8,776 nucleotides of DNA, taken from positions 1-8,776 of the forward strand of contig NW_021828135.1 in assembly GCF_006345805.1 (NCBI RefSeq), written 5' to 3'. The notes under the pieces are model-generated. The model did no database searches. It was not told the DNA's origin and saw nothing but the letters and a program-made list of their open reading frames with translations. Source of the DNA: Octopus sinensis (taxonomy: Eukaryota). The position numbers and the translations under genes were made by a program. Below are positions 7,401 through 8,776 of the stretch, in pieces; the first letter of the stretch is position 1; each line of letters begins with the position of its first letter.

Positions 7401-8776
7401 TTGATGAATACACGAGAGGCGAGATGGGTAATGGATAAATTAGTTAAAATAATTAGATAGATATAGAAATTAGTTTTAAAATAGTTAGATAGATAAGAAG
7501 CATTTATGATTGATGGGGAGTGAATGATTAATAAGCATTCAACTTATCTGTTAGATGAATGATGAATGAAAGAGCAGCGAAGTTTGGGGCTGAGTTTTTT
7601 TTTTTTAAATAAAGATTATCCGGAGGAAGAAGGCGCGAATACACGATGGTTGATGAATACACACGAGAGCGAGATGGGTAATGGATAAATTAGTTAAAAT
7701 CATTAGATAGATATAGAAATTAGTTTAAAATAGTTAGAGTTAGATAAGAAAGCATTTATGATTGATGGGGAAGTGAAATAATAAATAAGCTTCAACTTAT
7801 CTGTTAGATGAATGAATGAATGAAAGAGCAGAAGTTTGGGGCTGCGTTTTTTTTCTTTTTAAATAGAGATTGTCCGGAGGAAGAAGGCGCGAATACACGA
7901 TGTTTGATGAATACACGAGAGGCGAGATGGTAATGGATAAATTAGTTAAATAATTAGATAGATATAGAAATTAGTTAAAATAGTTAGATAGATAAGAAAG
8001 CATGTATGATTGATGGGGAAGTGAAATAATAAATAAGCATTCAACTTATCTGTTATATGAATGAATGAATGAAAGAGCAGAAGTTTGGGGCTGCGTTTTT
8101 TTTTAAATAAAGATTGTCCGAGGAAGAAGGCGCGAATACACGACGATGGTTGATGAATACACGAGAGGCGAGATGGGTAAGGGATAAATTAGTTAAAATA
8201 ATTATAGATATAGAAATTAGTTAAAAATAGTTAGATAGATAAGAAAGCATTTATGATTGATGGGGAAGTGAAATAATAAATAAGCATTCAACTTATCTGT
8301 TAGATGAATGAATGAATGAAAGAGCAGAAGTTTGGGGCTGCGTTTTTTTTTAAATAAGATTGTCCGGAGGAAGAAGGCGCGAATACACGATGGTTGATGA
8401 ATACACGAGAGGCGAGATGGGTAATGGATAAATTAGTTAAAATAATTAGATAGATATAAAATTAGTTTAAAATAGTTAGATAGATAAGAAAGCATGTATG
8501 ATTGATGGGGAGTGAAATAATAAATAAGCATTCAACTTATCTGTTAGATGAATGAATGAATGAAAGAGCAGAAGTTTGGGGCTGGCGTTTTTTTTTTTAA
8601 ATAAAGATTGTCCCGAGGAAGACGGCGCGAATACACGATGGTGATGAATACACGAGAGGCGAGATGGGTAATGGATAAAGTAGTTAAATAATTAGATAGA
8701 TATAGAATTAGAGTTAAATAGTTAGATAGATAAGAAAGCATGTATGATTGATGGGGAAGTGAAATAATAAATAAGC
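4457..8776. repeat. Tandem satellite array, ~245-bp monomer, 17 full copies plus partial, continues past the right edge; 5-mer higher-order structure
   Basis: Monomer starts (CGCGAATACACGAT) at 4457, 4703, 4946, 5191, 5428, 5673, 5912, ~6159, 6403, 6645, 6888, 7135, 7385, 7634, 7888, 8131, 8378, 8626; mean spacing 4169/17 = ~245 bp. Confidence 0.99.

Noticed and set aside
5112-8741. ORFs 5112..5306 and 8544..8741
   Set aside because: Chance open frames in satellite monomers, broken in the other copies.
4457-8776. Satellite as a hammerhead-containing retrozyme array (monomer size fits; TTGATGA present)
   Set aside because: TTGATGA and TTGATGG are not followed by a paired helix II plus GAAA and NUH on either strand; no HDV-like or twister fold recognised by eye. 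An Infernal scan of the consensus would settle it.
4457-8776. CRISPR array, 5S/tRNA/snRNA tandem genes, or CENP-B box
   Set aside because: Whole monomers are repeated with no unique spacers; no recognisable RNA gene or Pol III A/B boxes; TTCG on the - strand lacks the rest of the CENP-B consensus.
4457-8776. Scattered 1-3 nt indels between monomers as biological variation
   Set aside because: Mostly homopolymer-associated and non-recurrent, consistent with long-read error; only recurrent substitutions were used for the higher-order call.

Overview
Repeat-rich eukaryotic (animal) genomic DNA with no intact protein-coding gene; the interspersed-repeat style suggests a cephalopod/mollusc, which is inference only. 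1-~1705 (-): decayed Ty3/Gypsy pol (RT, RNase H, start of integrase), missed by the ORF track because of stops and frameshifts. ~1770-2950: AT-rich DNA with a (GT)18 microsatellite and a 30-bp dispersed direct repeat. ~2981-3628 (+): three co-oriented type I hammerhead ribozyme (HHR)-like motifs. One is near-canonical, and two have a minimal near-palindromic helix III plus an unusually long helix II. 3971-~4207 (-): 5'-truncated SINE-like element with a (GAT)n tail. ~4210-4451: G-rich segment ending in a canonical G-quadruplex motif. 4457-8776: ~245-bp tandem satellite (17 full monomers plus a partial) with a hidden 5-monomer (~1.22-1.24 kb) higher-order repeat. All folds and alignments were done by eye.
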